In this document: one piece after another, positions 1 to 11,193 of the stretch
Numbering within the stretch: position 1 is the first letter of the stretch
How the letters are laid out: every line of letters starts with the position of its first letter
Origin: Desulfomonilia bacterium
Lineage (GTDB): Bacteria > Desulfobacterota > Desulfomonilia > UBA1062
NCBI GenBank assembly: GCA_963664325.2
Contig: CAXXDQ010000003.1
Location: forward strand, 768,001 to 832,000
Length of the DNA stretch: 64,000 nucleotides
Reading direction: 5' to 3'
Program-made: the position numbers and the translations under genes
Notes under the pieces: model-generated
The model's database searches: none
Told to the model about the DNA's origin: nothing
What the model saw: only the letters and a program-made list of their open reading frames with translations

Positions 1-489
1 GAGCAAGAAAGATGTATGACTTATCTTGCTCTGACAAATAAAATTCAGGGTTTAATGTTTTTTAGCTATCATGTCTTTACTCAATATGTCCCAGAAAAGA
101 AAAATCCAGGTAAATATCAATATATTCTTGGCGGATATTTGCCTGATAAACAGCCAATTCTTTGGGCAGCTCTTGAAAAACTCGGGCCTGAAATCAAAAT
201 AGCTGGTGTGGAATTAATGAAATCAGAAACTGTTTTTGATTCAAAAGGCCCTATTCACTGGGTGATATCTGCTGATAGAAATGGAAATATTAACATGCTG
301 ATAGTTGTAAACATTGATGAACAAAAATACGCTTCAGCAAATATTGATTTAGAAACAAATAGTATTATTAAACTGCATACTCATTATAGTTCAGGTATAG
401 TAAGGGTTGATGGCAGACATATAAATCTAAAATTGCCCCCAATGGGAACCCTTATTATTGGGATGAAGATAGATAATGCTAATGAGTAA
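1..489 (+). CDS. C-terminal part of an uncharacterised protein (possibly glycoside-hydrolase-like); 5' end lies outside the window
   Basis: Frame is open from base 1 (EQERCMTYLAL...) to TAA at 487-489; no diagnostic motif recognised. Confidence 0.5.
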   Translation, partial: EQERCMTYLALTNKIQGLMFFSYHVFTQYVPEKKNPGKYQYILGGYLPDKQPILWAALEKLGPEIKIAGVELMKSETVFDSKGPIHWVISADRNGNINMLIVVNIDEQKYASANIDLETNSIIKLHTHYSSGIVRVDGRHINLKLPPMGTLIIGMKIDNANE

Positions 490-510
490 AAATTAGGGGT
501 AAAAATAGAA

Positions 511-1563
511 ATGAGAAGTACTTTTAAGATTAATGATAGACAAATTGGTGCAGGTAATCCAACTTTTATTATAGCTGAGATTGCCCAAGCGCATGATGGT
601 TCTTTGGGAACGGCTCATGCTTATATTGATGCACTTGCTTATATCGGCGTGGATGCGGTTAAGTTTCAGACTCACATAGCAGAGTTTGAATCAACATATG
701 ATGAACCATTCAGGCAAAGATACGGTTTCCAAGATGAAACTCGCTATGACTATTGGAAACGCATGGAGTTTACTAAAGAGCAATGGCAGGGTTTATCTGA
801 CCATGCTGTTTCAAAGGGACTTGTTTTTTTAAGTTCGACATTCTCGATTGAAGCTTTCAGATTGCTTGACGAAATTGGTATACCAGCTTGGAAGGTAGGT
901 TCAGGTGAATTCAAAAGCATGGAAATTATAGAAGAGATGTTCAAAACGGGAAAACCCGTACTTTACAGCACAGGAATGTCATCATGGAATGAAATTAATC
1001 AGGCGGTCAAAATCTTAAATTCATCCGGTAATGCATTTGCATTACTTCAATGTACAAGCGCATATCCGACACGACTTGAGGATATCGGGCTTAACGTTAT
1101 TGATGAGTTCAGAAAAAGGTATGACTGTGCGGTTGGTCTATCAGATCATTCGGGAAATATTTATCCAGGACTTGCAGCAATGGCTAAAGGGATCGATATT
1201 CTTGAGGTTCATGCAGTCTTTGACAAGAGGCTGTTCGGTCCGGATGTCAAGGCATCCTTAACAATAGAGGAAATAAAGATACTTGTTAATGCCCGGGATT
1301 CTTTTAATATCATGGATAAGAATCCACTGGATAAAGATGAAATTTCAAAGAGGCTTTCTGATATAAGAGATAACTTTACAAAAAGTATTGCTCCAGTTCG
1401 TAGTCTTGTGGCTGGGACTATTCTCACAGAAGATATGCTTACTTTAAAAAAGCCGGGAACAGGCATTCCAGTCGAGGAAAAGAGCAAGATTATCGGAAAA
1501 ACGCTCATTTGTGATGTGTCAGCAGATCACTTATTGCAGTGGAAAGATATTGGAAATGAATAG
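511..1563 (+). CDS. neuB: N-acetylneuraminate/nonulosonate synthase (NeuB family) with C-terminal SAF domain
   Basis: FIIAEIAQAHDGS, DAVKFQTH, LLQCTSAYP, GLSDHSG motifs; C-terminal KKPGTGIP. Confidence 0.93.
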   Translation: MRSTFKINDRQIGAGNPTFIIAEIAQAHDGSLGTAHAYIDALAYIGVDAVKFQTHIAEFESTYDEPFRQRYGFQDETRYDYWKRMEFTKEQWQGLSDHAVSKGLVFLSSTFSIEAFRLLDEIGIPAWKVGSGEFKSMEIIEEMFKTGKPVLYSTGMSSWNEINQAVKILNSSGNAFALLQCTSAYPTRLEDIGLNVIDEFRKRYDCAVGLSDHSGNIYPGLAAMAKGIDILEVHAVFDKRLFGPDVKASLTIEEIKILVNARDSFNIMDKNPLDKDEISKRLSDIRDNFTKSIAPVRSLVAGTILTEDMLTLKKPGTGIPVEEKSKIIGKTLICDVSADHLLQWKDIGNE

Positions 1564-2719
1564 AAAAAGGAAGATATGTGTTGTTGTAACGGCAAGGCCA
1601 AGTTACAGCAGGGTCAAGACAGCCCTGAAGGCTATCAAAGAACATCCCAAACTCGAACTGCAGCTAGTTGTAGCTGCTTCAGCCCTTCTTGAACGTTATG
1701 GGAGTACAATTAAATATATCGAGGAAGATGGTTTTGATATAGCAGCACGTGTCTATATGGTGATGGAGGGAGAAAATCCAGTCACTATGGCAAAGACTAC
1801 AGGATTGGGTCTTATAGAACTTGCAACTGTATTTGACAATCTTGGTCCGGATGCAATTGTCACAATTGCAGACAGATACGAAACAATTGCTACAGCAATA
1901 ACAGCCTCATACATGAATATTCCAGTTATACACATTCAAGGAGGAGAAGTAACAGGTTCAATTGATGAAAAAGTCAGGCATGCAGTAACCAAGTTGTCTA
2001 ATATTCATTTCGTGTCAACTAAGATGGCAGCAGACAGGGTAATCAGAATGGGAGAAGATCCCAAGTGTGTTCATATCACAGGTTGCCCATCTATCGATAT
2101 TGCTGAAGAAGTTAAAAAAAATAGTGTAATGAATTTTGATATTTTCGAAAAGTATGGAGGTGTTGGAGAATCTATAACTCTGAATGATGGTTACCTTGTA
2201 GTTATGCAGCACCCAGTTACTACAGAGCATGAACTTTCCAGAAAGCATGTAAATGAAACATTATATGCTATAAAGGATGTTGGCATACCTGCATTATGGT
2301 TTTGGCCAAACGTGGATGCAGGCTCTGATGGTACTTCAAAAGGCATAAGATCATTTAGAGAGAATGAGAAGCCTACTAATATGCACTTCTTTAAAAATAT
2401 GAAATCCCTAGATTTCCTTAATGTGCTTTATAACAGCAAGGGTATTATTGGCAATTCAAGTGTTGCTATTCGTGAATGTTCATACCTTGGAATACCTGCA
2501 GTGAACATAGGAACAAGACAAATGGGCAGAGAGCGGGGAGATAATGTTACAGATGTAAATTATGACAGGGAAGAAATAAAGAGGGCTATAATTACACATC
2601 TTAATATTGGAAGACTCCCTGGTTGTTTACTATATGGCGATGGTAAGGCAGGGATCCGTATTGCTGAACTGTTAAGCATAATTGATCTTAATTGCATTGA
2701 AAAAAGACTGACATATTGA
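1556..2719 (+). CDS. neuC: UDP-N-acetylglucosamine 2-epimerase (hydrolysing)
   Basis: RKICVVVTARPSY, ADRYE, HIQGGEVTGSIDEKVRHAVTKLS, GNSS, YGDGKAG; ATG 1556 overlaps the end of neuB. Confidence 0.92.
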   Translation: MNRKRKICVVVTARPSYSRVKTALKAIKEHPKLELQLVVAASALLERYGSTIKYIEEDGFDIAARVYMVMEGENPVTMAKTTGLGLIELATVFDNLGPDAIVTIADRYETIATAITASYMNIPVIHIQGGEVTGSIDEKVRHAVTKLSNIHFVSTKMAADRVIRMGEDPKCVHITGCPSIDIAEEVKKNSVMNFDIFEKYGGVGESITLNDGYLVVMQHPVTTEHELSRKHVNETLYAIKDVGIPALWFWPNVDAGSDGTSKGIRSFRENEKPTNMHFFKNMKSLDFLNVLYNSKGIIGNSSVAIRECSYLGIPAVNIGTRQMGRERGDNVTDVNYDREEIKRAIITHLNIGRLPGCLLYGDGKAGIRIAELLSIIDLNCIEKRLTY

Positions 2720-2772
2720 GACATAAACATTACATTTATTGTTTTTGTCTTATCATGTTTTGAAAAATATTC

Positions 2773-3648
2773 ATGGAAAATAAAATTATAAAAAAAAATA
2801 ATATCTATAGTGGAAGCACTTCATCATTTGATCTTAATTGGCAAATAAGAAAAGAAGCACATTATAATCATTGGATAAAAGGCAAACCGCAAAATCAAAT
2901 ACAGCTAGCTTTCAGAAAACACTGGGAACTTTTTTTGGAACTACTAGGAGGAATTAAAAATGGGCGATGTCTTGAAGTAGGATGTGGCAGAGGAAGCATA
3001 TCAAGTTATTTTGCAGAAAATGGTTTTGATTGCACACTGCTTGATTATTCTAATGCCGTATTAAATACAGCCAAAGGGATTTTTAAAAATCATGATCACA
3101 GTGCAGAATTCATTCAAGGTGATGCAATGAATCTGCCTTTTAAAAATGATTGTTTTGATATTGTTGTCAGTATAGGCCTGCTTGAGCACTTTGAAGACAT
3201 TGCTACTCCTATTTGTGAACAGTTGAGGATACTAAAATCAGGTGGTCTTTTCCTTGGCTACATAATTCCTGAAAGAAGTGATAATATTCAAAAATATTTC
3301 AATTGGATAAACACTGTATTGAATTTCATTTACACACTTTTAAACAAAACAAAAAATAGTGGTGAAAAAGCACAAATCTACAGGTCGGTATATAGCTCGG
3401 GTAAATATCTTGAAGCAATCAAAGAACTTAATATTGTTAATATAAGTATTTTGGGTATGTATCCCCTACCAATGATTTCCTACTCACCATCTTTTCCATT
3501 TACTCTTATGCCGAATCTAATTGAGAGGATGCTTGTCTTTTTGTTTGAATTATATTTATCATTAAGAAAAGTATTGTTAAAAAGAAATCCCTGGATATGC
3601 AGTGAAAAAACAGGACAGGCTTTCTTGCTTTCTTTTAGGAAAAAATGA
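2773..3648 (+). CDS. Class I SAM-dependent methyltransferase
   Basis: CLEVGCGRG motif I, GDAMNLPF..FDIV, GLLEHF. Confidence 0.85.
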   Translation: MENKIIKKNNIYSGSTSSFDLNWQIRKEAHYNHWIKGKPQNQIQLAFRKHWELFLELLGGIKNGRCLEVGCGRGSISSYFAENGFDCTLLDYSNAVLNTAKGIFKNHDHSAEFIQGDAMNLPFKNDCFDIVVSIGLLEHFEDIATPICEQLRILKSGGLFLGYIIPERSDNIQKYFNWINTVLNFIYTLLNKTKNSGEKAQIYRSVYSSGKYLEAIKELNIVNISILGMYPLPMISYSPSFPFTLMPNLIERMLVFLFELYLSLRKVLLKRNPWICSEKTGQAFLLSFRKK

Positions 3649-3649
3649 A

Positions 3650-4360
3650 ATGAATAAGCATATTCTTGGTATTATTCCAGCTAGAGGCGGCTCAAAAGGA
3701 ATTAAAGACAAAAACATTACAGAACTTGCTGGGAAACCACTTATAGCTTTTACTATTGAAGCGACATTGGCCAGTTCAAGACTTTCTGATGCAATCGTTT
3801 CAACAGATTCAAAAAAGATAATTGAGATAGCGAGAAGATTTGGAGCAAATGTACCTTTTTTGCGCCCCGAAGTGTTGTCAAAAGATGATTCTTCTACAAT
3901 AGATGTGATCAAACATGCTGTAATCTGGTATGAACAGAAAAGAAAGCAGCGTATCGATATAGTTGTTATTCTTCAACCAACTGCACCTCTTAGGACGGCT
4001 AAAGATATTGATTCGTCTATTGGAATCTTCCTTAATGATCCTGGAGCAGACTCATTAATAAGTTGTTATGATGCTTCCTCATATCATCCAAGAATTATGT
4101 ATATAAAAAACAATCAGTTTATGAAACCATATATTACTGATAACAATAATCTTATCAGACGTCAGAAATTCGAAAATGTTTATATAAGAAATGGAGCAAT
4201 TTACATATCAACACGAAGACTTGTTATTGAAGAGGGGAAAATTATTGGAAATTCACCACTAGGCTATATAATGCCCCGGGAAAGATCGGTGAATATTGAC
4301 GAAACGCATGACCTGGAATTGGCAGAGTTTTATATTACTCGTCAAAAACAACTTTCTTGA
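3650..4360 (+). CDS. neuA: Acylneuraminate cytidylyltransferase (CMP-nonulosonate synthetase)
   Basis: IIPARGGSKGIKDKN, VSTDS, LQPTAPLR, RNGAIY, NIDETHD. Confidence 0.92.
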   Translation: MNKHILGIIPARGGSKGIKDKNITELAGKPLIAFTIEATLASSRLSDAIVSTDSKKIIEIARRFGANVPFLRPEVLSKDDSSTIDVIKHAVIWYEQKRKQRIDIVVILQPTAPLRTAKDIDSSIGIFLNDPGADSLISCYDASSYHPRIMYIKNNQFMKPYITDNNNLIRRQKFENVYIRNGAIYISTRRLVIEEGKIIGNSPLGYIMPRERSVNIDETHDLELAEFYITRQKQLS

Positions 4361-5319
4361 AACCTCGTATACTTAATATAGAACCTTCTAATTACTCTAA
4401 AGAAGCAAGAGAAATAATATGTACATTTGCCAAACTTGATGAAACTCAGCTTACAAGACCTGAACTAATTGAACGAATACATGAATATGATGGATTAATT
4501 GTCAGATTTGGCCACTATATAAATTCTGAAGTCTTTAAAAATGCTTCCCGATTAAAGGTTATTGCAACTTCAACAACTGGTCTTAATCATATCGATTTGG
4601 AAGAGGCCAAGAGACATGATGTAATTGTATTGAGCCTGAAGGGAGAGCGTGAATTCCTTGATACAATTTCAGCTACAGCTGAACATACATGGGGTCTTGT
4701 TCTTTCCATTGTCCGTAAAATCCCGATAGCTGTGAACCATGTTAAGTCAGGAGGTTGGCAAAGAGATTTATTCAGAGGGGAAGAATTATCGGGGAAGATT
4801 CTAGGAATTATTGGTCTTGGAAGGTTAGGTTTAAAGGTTGCGGAATATGGTTTGGCTTTTAAAATGAAGGTTATTGCATATGATCCATACGTTTCAAGAA
4901 GTGATTTTCAAATATACATGACTGATTTTAGGGGATTACTTGAAAAGTCTGACATAATAACAGTTCATGTCCCATATGAAGAAAATACAAGAAATCTAGT
5001 TTCCAAACAAAAATTCATGCTGATGAAAAAGGGCGCATATTTTATAAACACTTCAAGGGGAGAAGTAATTGATGAAGAAGCTTTGCTTGAAGCTTTATTA
5101 AATAATCATCTTTCAGGTGCAGCGCTTGATGTCTTGTCAGGTGAAAATTTATATGAATCATCCTTTCTGAAAGATAATCATCTTATAAGTTATGCTGTTA
5201 ACCATGACAATCTTATTATCACTCCGCATATAGGAGGTGCTACCTGGGATTCAATGCGGAAAACGGAAATATTTATTGCAGAAAAACTAAAGGAATTTTT
5301 TAATGACAATACAAAATAA
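4357..5319 (+). CDS. D-isomer-specific 2-hydroxyacid dehydrogenase (SerA/PGDH-like)
   Basis: ATAEHT, GIIGLGRLG Rossmann motif, INTSRGEV, AALDV, TPHIGG; TTG start overlaps neuA stop. Confidence 0.88.
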   Translation: MKPRILNIEPSNYSKEAREIICTFAKLDETQLTRPELIERIHEYDGLIVRFGHYINSEVFKNASRLKVIATSTTGLNHIDLEEAKRHDVIVLSLKGEREFLDTISATAEHTWGLVLSIVRKIPIAVNHVKSGGWQRDLFRGEELSGKILGIIGLGRLGLKVAEYGLAFKMKVIAYDPYVSRSDFQIYMTDFRGLLEKSDIITVHVPYEENTRNLVSKQKFMLMKKGAYFINTSRGEVIDEEALLEALLNNHLSGAALDVLSGENLYESSFLKDNHLISYAVNHDNLIITPHIGGATWDSMRKTEIFIAEKLKEFFNDNTK

Positions 5320-6679
5320 CTGGCTCATATTACCAATTGAAACAAAAGTAAGGGAACTTTATGGAAAGCTACTGTTTTCATTTGTAGCAGCAGAAGCCGG
5401 GTTTAAAGTAATAATTGGCCCTAAAGCTGAGATTAACAATAGGTCTAAATATTTCCCGAAAAGTTTTATTCTCAATTTCGGACTTGCTAAGAGTTATGAA
5501 AGTTCATCAAGTATGTACAAAAAATATGGTCATAAAGTAATTGCAATTGATGAGGAAGGACTTGTTACTCTAAACGACGATATTTATTTGAAGTATAGAG
5601 TCTCTGAAGATACCCTTAAACAGACTGACCTTTTTTTTTGCTGGGGTGACAGACAGGCCAGGCTTGTAGAATCAAAGGTTGAAGGAACAGGCTGTAAAGT
5701 AATATCAAGTGGAAACCCCAGGTTCGACATACTCAGGCCTGAATACAGGTCAATACTGGCTGCACAAGTTGAAGAGATCAAATTAAAATATAACCCAATG
5801 ATTCTTATCAATACTAATTTTGGTTCTTTCAATCATATAAATGGTGTTGAATTTACAATTCAGTCATTAAGGGAAAAACAGTGGATGATAACTCCAGAAG
5901 ATGAAAATTTCCATAGAGATAGAATCAATCTTCAGGGAAGGTTTTTTGATTATTTTGTTAGGATGCTTCCTATTCTATCTAATGAGTTCAAAACTCATAA
6001 TATTATTTTAAGGCCACACCCATCGGAGAATCATGATGTTTGGAAAGAACATACTAAAAATCTTCCGAATGTACATATAATTCATGATGGAAATGTTGAT
6101 CCTTGGATAATGGCATCAGACCTAGTAATTCATAATGGCTGTACTACGGCAGTACAGGCATTTTTGTTAAGCAAACCTGTAATATCATATAGACCAGTTA
6201 TTATTAAGCATCTTGAGACCTATTTCCCAAATGAATTAAGCAATCAAGTTCAGACTTTGGATGGACTGATTGAACGAGCAAATGAAATCATCAATGGATC
6301 AGGGTTAGAATCTGATCCTTATAAAAATAAATTAGCAGATCAATATATAGCTGCTAGAAATGGTCATTTCGCTTCTGAATGTATTGTTAGTACCATGATG
6401 AATTCAGATTTCCCATCAAATATGAGGAATTCATTTCAGGGCAGTAAAAATGTTTTAAAAGCAGTGGGGTTGTTGTATTCCTTCAGAGAGAGCATTAGTG
6501 AAATTTTTAAGAAAAACCCAGATAGAAGAAATTATTTGAAGCATAAATTCTCAGGACTTCATAAAAATGAAATTATAGATATCTTACATAGATTTAGTAA
6601 GATAGATGAACGTTTTCAGGGGATCTCTGTTATCAATATAGGTCAGTCATGTTTCAACATTATTAAAAAGGAGGTTTAA
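5303..6679 (+). CDS. Surface carbohydrate biosynthesis protein (TIGR04396-like), candidate nonulosonate transferase
   Basis: PIETKVRELYGKLL, IDEEGL, GNPRFDILR, ILINTNF, LRPHPSE, HNGCTTA. Confidence 0.75.
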   Translation: MTIQNNWLILPIETKVRELYGKLLFSFVAAEAGFKVIIGPKAEINNRSKYFPKSFILNFGLAKSYESSSSMYKKYGHKVIAIDEEGLVTLNDDIYLKYRVSEDTLKQTDLFFCWGDRQARLVESKVEGTGCKVISSGNPRFDILRPEYRSILAAQVEEIKLKYNPMILINTNFGSFNHINGVEFTIQSLREKQWMITPEDENFHRDRINLQGRFFDYFVRMLPILSNEFKTHNIILRPHPSENHDVWKEHTKNLPNVHIIHDGNVDPWIMASDLVIHNGCTTAVQAFLLSKPVISYRPVIIKHLETYFPNELSNQVQTLDGLIERANEIINGSGLESDPYKNKLADQYIAARNGHFASECIVSTMMNSDFPSNMRNSFQGSKNVLKAVGLLYSFRESISEIFKKNPDRRNYLKHKFSGLHKNEIIDILHRFSKIDERFQGISVINIGQSCFNIIKKEV

Positions 6680-6761
6680 ACATGATTGGTTTTATTTCAA
6701 TTAATGTAGAGGTGGATGTTTCTTATTATTAAATATAAGTTGAATAATTGTTTAATAGGAT

Positions 6762-7592
6762 ATGACAATTCACCTATTGATGTCCAACATTAAGGAGGAA
6801 ACATCCATGATTCGCTTTTGTTTTCGTAGAGGTATAAGATGGTTGATAATGGCTATTAAATTTAGGAAGTCATTTTTAGCATATGTCATGTTGAATTGCC
6901 TTTCTCATATATTATTCCTTTCCGTTTTGACAGAAAGGGATGTGGAGAATGTTCTGCATGAAAGAGATATAAGACGAAAAGCAAAAAAAAACATAGGTTG
7001 GGCATCACACGACAAAAAAATAACCTTGAAATTTTTAAAGCGTAAATTATTTACGGTTAGTTTGAAAGAGGGTATTGAGCTTTCGGCCGAACACTTCTAC
7101 TTTTCTCGAAATCCGGCAGAAATTATAAATGCCTTTAAAATTATCTCAAAACGTGTTGGTTACAAAATAAAGATTAAATTTGGAGCAAGTATTTTTGAAC
7201 CAGGGTGTGGATGTGCCCGAATACTTTATTATTTGTCCGATCGATATGGGGCTAAGTGCTATGGACTGGATGTATATGAACCGGCTGTAGAAGTTGCAAA
7301 ATCAGCCAACATATTTGGCGATGTAGTAGTTGAACATGGAGATGCAATGGAACTAGCTAATGTTGAGCATTTGGCAGATAAAGCATTCGAAATGATTATA
7401 TGTAGCTCATATTTAGGACATATTATACATATGGATGGGGCCATAGATTATATTAAGTCGCTTGTTCGAATAGGAAAAGAAATAGTTATCATAGATAGGT
7501 TAATACCCCAGATAAAAGCTTTACTTGATGATATGGCTTTTTTAGTCATTGAGAAAGGTGAGACATTATACGCTTATCATTGTAACGAATAA
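6762..7592 (+). CDS. Class I SAM-dependent methyltransferase (start uncertain)
   Basis: IFEPGCGCAR motif I followed by GLDV and HGDAM. Confidence 0.7.
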   Translation: MTIHLLMSNIKEETSMIRFCFRRGIRWLIMAIKFRKSFLAYVMLNCLSHILFLSVLTERDVENVLHERDIRRKAKKNIGWASHDKKITLKFLKRKLFTVSLKEGIELSAEHFYFSRNPAEIINAFKIISKRVGYKIKIKFGASIFEPGCGCARILYYLSDRYGAKCYGLDVYEPAVEVAKSANIFGDVVVEHGDAMELANVEHLADKAFEMIICSSYLGHIIHMDGAIDYIKSLVRIGKEIVIIDRLIPQIKALLDDMAFLVIEKGETLYAYHCNE

Positions 7593-7899
7593 TTATTTTT
7601 ATCACTGTATCTTAGGACCATAGTTTAAGGGTAAATAAACTTTGTAAGAAATTTGGCCATAAGTTATCTAAGTATACTCCTTAAGGTAAATTCAAACATA
7701 AGATTGGAATCTTGGCGATATGTAATAATGGAATCATGACCATATTTCACCGAACGGAATTAAAAAGCATTCTAAACAACTTAATTTCGTATTGGAAAAC
7801 GTGTCAAATTAACTTGACTACAGTCATGGTAACCTAATTAAACCTCATACCGGATACAATCTTATTGAAAATATAAATTAGGAAATAAGAGGTTGAGAA

Positions 7900-8709
7900 A
7901 TGGAGAAAGAAGAAATTCAGGAAAAAGTAAAAAATCTTCATCTGATTCAAGCCTGGAATCACAATTTTATTCTTAAAGGTGGAATTGAAACAAGGCCTGG
8001 TGAACAGACGTCTCATGGCAAAAACCTAATTAAATGGCAAAGAATTCATCCCATTTTAGAAGTTGTTGGGTTAAAAAATAAAATCATTTTGGATGTCGGC
8101 TGCAACGAAGGTTTTTTTAGCATCAAACTTGCCGATATGGGTGCAAAAGTACTTGGGATAGACATTGATGAACATCGAATAGAAAAAGCCCTGTTTGTTA
8201 AAGAAGTTCTAAATAATTCCAAGGTTGATTTTTCTCTGATGGATATTTATTCGGAAGAATTTTCAGCCTTAAAAAAGTTTGATATTTGCCTTTGTCTCGG
8301 CGTCCTTCACCGGGTGCCTGATCCATACTCCGTTATCTTAAAATTAACAGAACATGCTGACATCATAATATTTGAATGGAAAGCTCTTAAATTTGGTCCG
8401 CATGATGAGCCTTTTGCTTATTACACCCCGGGGGGATATAACGACGCGGATTATTATGGCACCCAGTATTGGATGATGAGTTTTACTTGTGTGGAAGCGA
8501 TCCTTAAACGTCTCGGATATATGCATTTCTATAAAATTGATGATCCAAGTTTCAGGCGGGCCATCCTGGTTGCCGGCAGGGTTTACAATCCCGTATTTGA
8601 TCTTCCTGATATTATTTTACACCGTAATCGTCTGAAGACGTTTCTCAGTCATACAAAACGTTATATTATAAGTGTTACAAAGATATTGAAAGGTTCAATT
8701 AACACTTAG
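7900..8709 (+). CDS. SAM-dependent methyltransferase (CmoB/DUF1698-like)
   Basis: WNHNFILKGGIETRPG N-terminus, ILDVGCNEG, FDICLCLGVLHR; GAGG RBS. Confidence 0.82.
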   Translation: MEKEEIQEKVKNLHLIQAWNHNFILKGGIETRPGEQTSHGKNLIKWQRIHPILEVVGLKNKIILDVGCNEGFFSIKLADMGAKVLGIDIDEHRIEKALFVKEVLNNSKVDFSLMDIYSEEFSALKKFDICLCLGVLHRVPDPYSVILKLTEHADIIIFEWKALKFGPHDEPFAYYTPGGYNDADYYGTQYWMMSFTCVEAILKRLGYMHFYKIDDPSFRRAILVAGRVYNPVFDLPDIILHRNRLKTFLSHTKRYIISVTKILKGSINT

Positions 8710-8712
8710 TGC

Positions 8713-9454
8713 ATGTCATATTTTAAAACAGTTCGCCACTATATAGGGAATGTTCGGCGTTTTTTAACAATACCCTGGCAACAGCGAAACATATCAATAT
8801 CAGAAGCGACTAATATTTTCGCCTGCTCTTTTGATTCCAATGGATGGCACCATATTATCAGTACACTAAACGAATATAATAATAATCCGGATGTCCCATT
8901 ACCTGAAACGACTTTATACAAGTACCTTAAAAATTATTGCCCCGGAAATATATTGGGTTTGGCTGGTTGCAACAGGGATTCAAGCAGTATCCCATTGTTT
9001 TATTATCCCTGGGGTATGTCTTTCAGGCAGTCCGGTATCATAGAAAAAAATGTTTGGCAGTCGAGGTTCTGCGGGCCTTCCAGTGATGAGTTTATTGAAG
9101 AAGAATATAAAAGAATTATTGCCCTGTATATGAATATGAAAAAAGCTAAATACAGACCCTGGAGGATAAATAACAGCTTCATCGGGGGGACATTTTTATT
9201 GAGAAATAATGGCCAGAAAAGATTTGTTGTATTGCAGGGCAACCACAGGATGGCAGTACTTTCTTTTCTTGGTATGAAAAAAACTGAATGTAAGAAGCAT
9301 AAGGGGATATCTTTCTAAAGTGAAAGAATCCGAAGTAAAAGAATGGCCATTTGTTAAAAACGGATTGTTTGCTGAGGATGAGGCTTTAAGGATATTCAAT
9401 TTGTTCTTTATTGAAAATGGATATCACATAAAAGCTTTACTAAATAACCATTGA
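8713..9454 (+). CDS. ParB/sulfiredoxin-fold protein; frameshift in the A-run at ~9277-9283
   Basis: FVVLQGNHRMAVLSFLG (GxHR motif); a shifted frame continues NVRSIRGYLSKVKESEVKEWPFVKNGLF... to TGA at 9452-9454. Confidence 0.6.
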
Positions 9455-9478
9455 TCTGATTATCTGCCTGCTTTGACA

Positions 9479-11023
9479 ATGACGATGTATAAACAGCCGA
9501 GGATTCGGAAAATAATACTGTACGCGACTGCTACGAGCTGGATATACCAGGCCGTATCAGCTATAAGCGGACTGGTGGTCCTTCCTCTTGTAGTGGCGTA
9601 TCTGGAAAGACGGAATATGGCATCTGGACCCTGGTGATTCAGTCCATCAATTTCTTTTCTATGTCAGATATTGGAATTTCTAATTCTCTGGGGCGCTTCG
9701 TGGCCCGCTCTCGTGGATCTAACGATAATAAGACCATGAGCAAACTGTACAGCACTACTATGGCCTTTTTAATATTATCCGGATTTTTAATTGCTTTGCT
9801 TACGATTCTTTTGTCTCCATGGATAGGAGGTATACTCGGAATAGACAGGATATATCATAAGGAAACAAAAATTATTTTTTTAATTACAGGCTTGACATTC
9901 GCACTTCAGTCGCCCTTGAAACTTAGCGTCGGTGTACTCACAGGTCATCAGCTTTATGGCCCTCACGGTGTTGGAAAGATATTGGGATCCTTATTAAATC
10001 TGGCAGGTGTTCTGATCCTTTTCAGTATGAATATGATTGAACTTATCCCGCTTGCAATTGCCAACGCGGTTTCAATATTAGCTGCCCAACTGGTTCTAGC
10101 TTGGTGGCATGGAAGATGACAAGGCCGTGGTCTCTGAAAATAAAGAATATTTCTTTTGGATTATTAAGTGAAATAGTGAGTCTTGGTGGAAGTACTTTGC
10201 TGGTTTCATTAAGTAATCTCATCATCCGTTCTGGTTTGTTAATTACAGTCGGGCGTATACTCGGCACGCAGTCAGCAGGGGTATATGGAGTGGTTTTAAC
10301 CTTGATCAGCCACATTTATCCTCTTATATCGTCTCTATCAACTCCATTAACTACGATAGCAAGTGAATGGCAGGCAAGAAATAATCTGAACAGTCTCCAG
10401 AACACCTGCAATTTGATAATGCGTACAATATTTTCCTTATCAATAAGTATGGCTGCTGGTTTATATATTTATGGTGAGCCGTTTCTAAGAATATTTTTGC
10501 ATTCGGGAAAGTGGTCAGCATCTGATTTTCATGCAGCCGGCAGGATGTTATTTATAATGGGAGTTGGGGTGGCGATTGGGCTACCTCAGGTTGTTTCCAC
10601 AAGAACACTTCAGGGAATAGGCAAACACTGGCAGGTAGGTTATTATTCATTGGGAATGAGTTTCAGCTCGACTTTGATAGGTGTTCTAATCATGTATTCA
10701 TTTCTTGGTATTTACGGGGCCGCAATCGGGTGGAGTCTTTTCTGGATCTTACAGGGGATTTTATTTTATCCCGGATGCTATGCAAGGTACTCGATTATCC
10801 AGTTCTGAAAATGCTTTCAAAAGTATATGTTCCTGGGGCTTTTGTCGGGTTCTTTGTCCTTGCCATGGCATTCTTTTTTAATCTTTATCTTGGTTCAAGC
10901 AATCTGCTTAATCTTATAATCGGCATCAGCGTAACTGGAGTTTTTGGAGTAATTGCAATAATTATGACTAGTGGCTATGCAGGTTTAATTCTGAACAAGG
11001 TATCATTTAACAATCGTATTTGA
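9479..11023 (+). CDS. wzx: Wzx-type polysaccharide flippase, split by three apparent frameshifts (~9605, ~10102, ~10780)
   Basis: ATG 9479; YL(G)KTEYGIW and SDIGISNSLGRFVA signatures; consecutive hydrophobic ORF pieces 9634-10119, 10101-10808 and 10730-11023 join into one multi-TM protein. Confidence 0.78.
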
Positions 11024-11193
11024 TGTTAGATATTGGTTCTTATTTAATTCCTCCTTATTCTGCCAAACCATTGAAGGCTAAAAACAATAAGATCAAAATC
11101 CTTTAAAAATTACCTATGGCTATAAGAACAAGAAATTCCTCAAACTCGAACTTTACACCCTTCATGAAGATGAATTCAAAATGATAGACTAAT

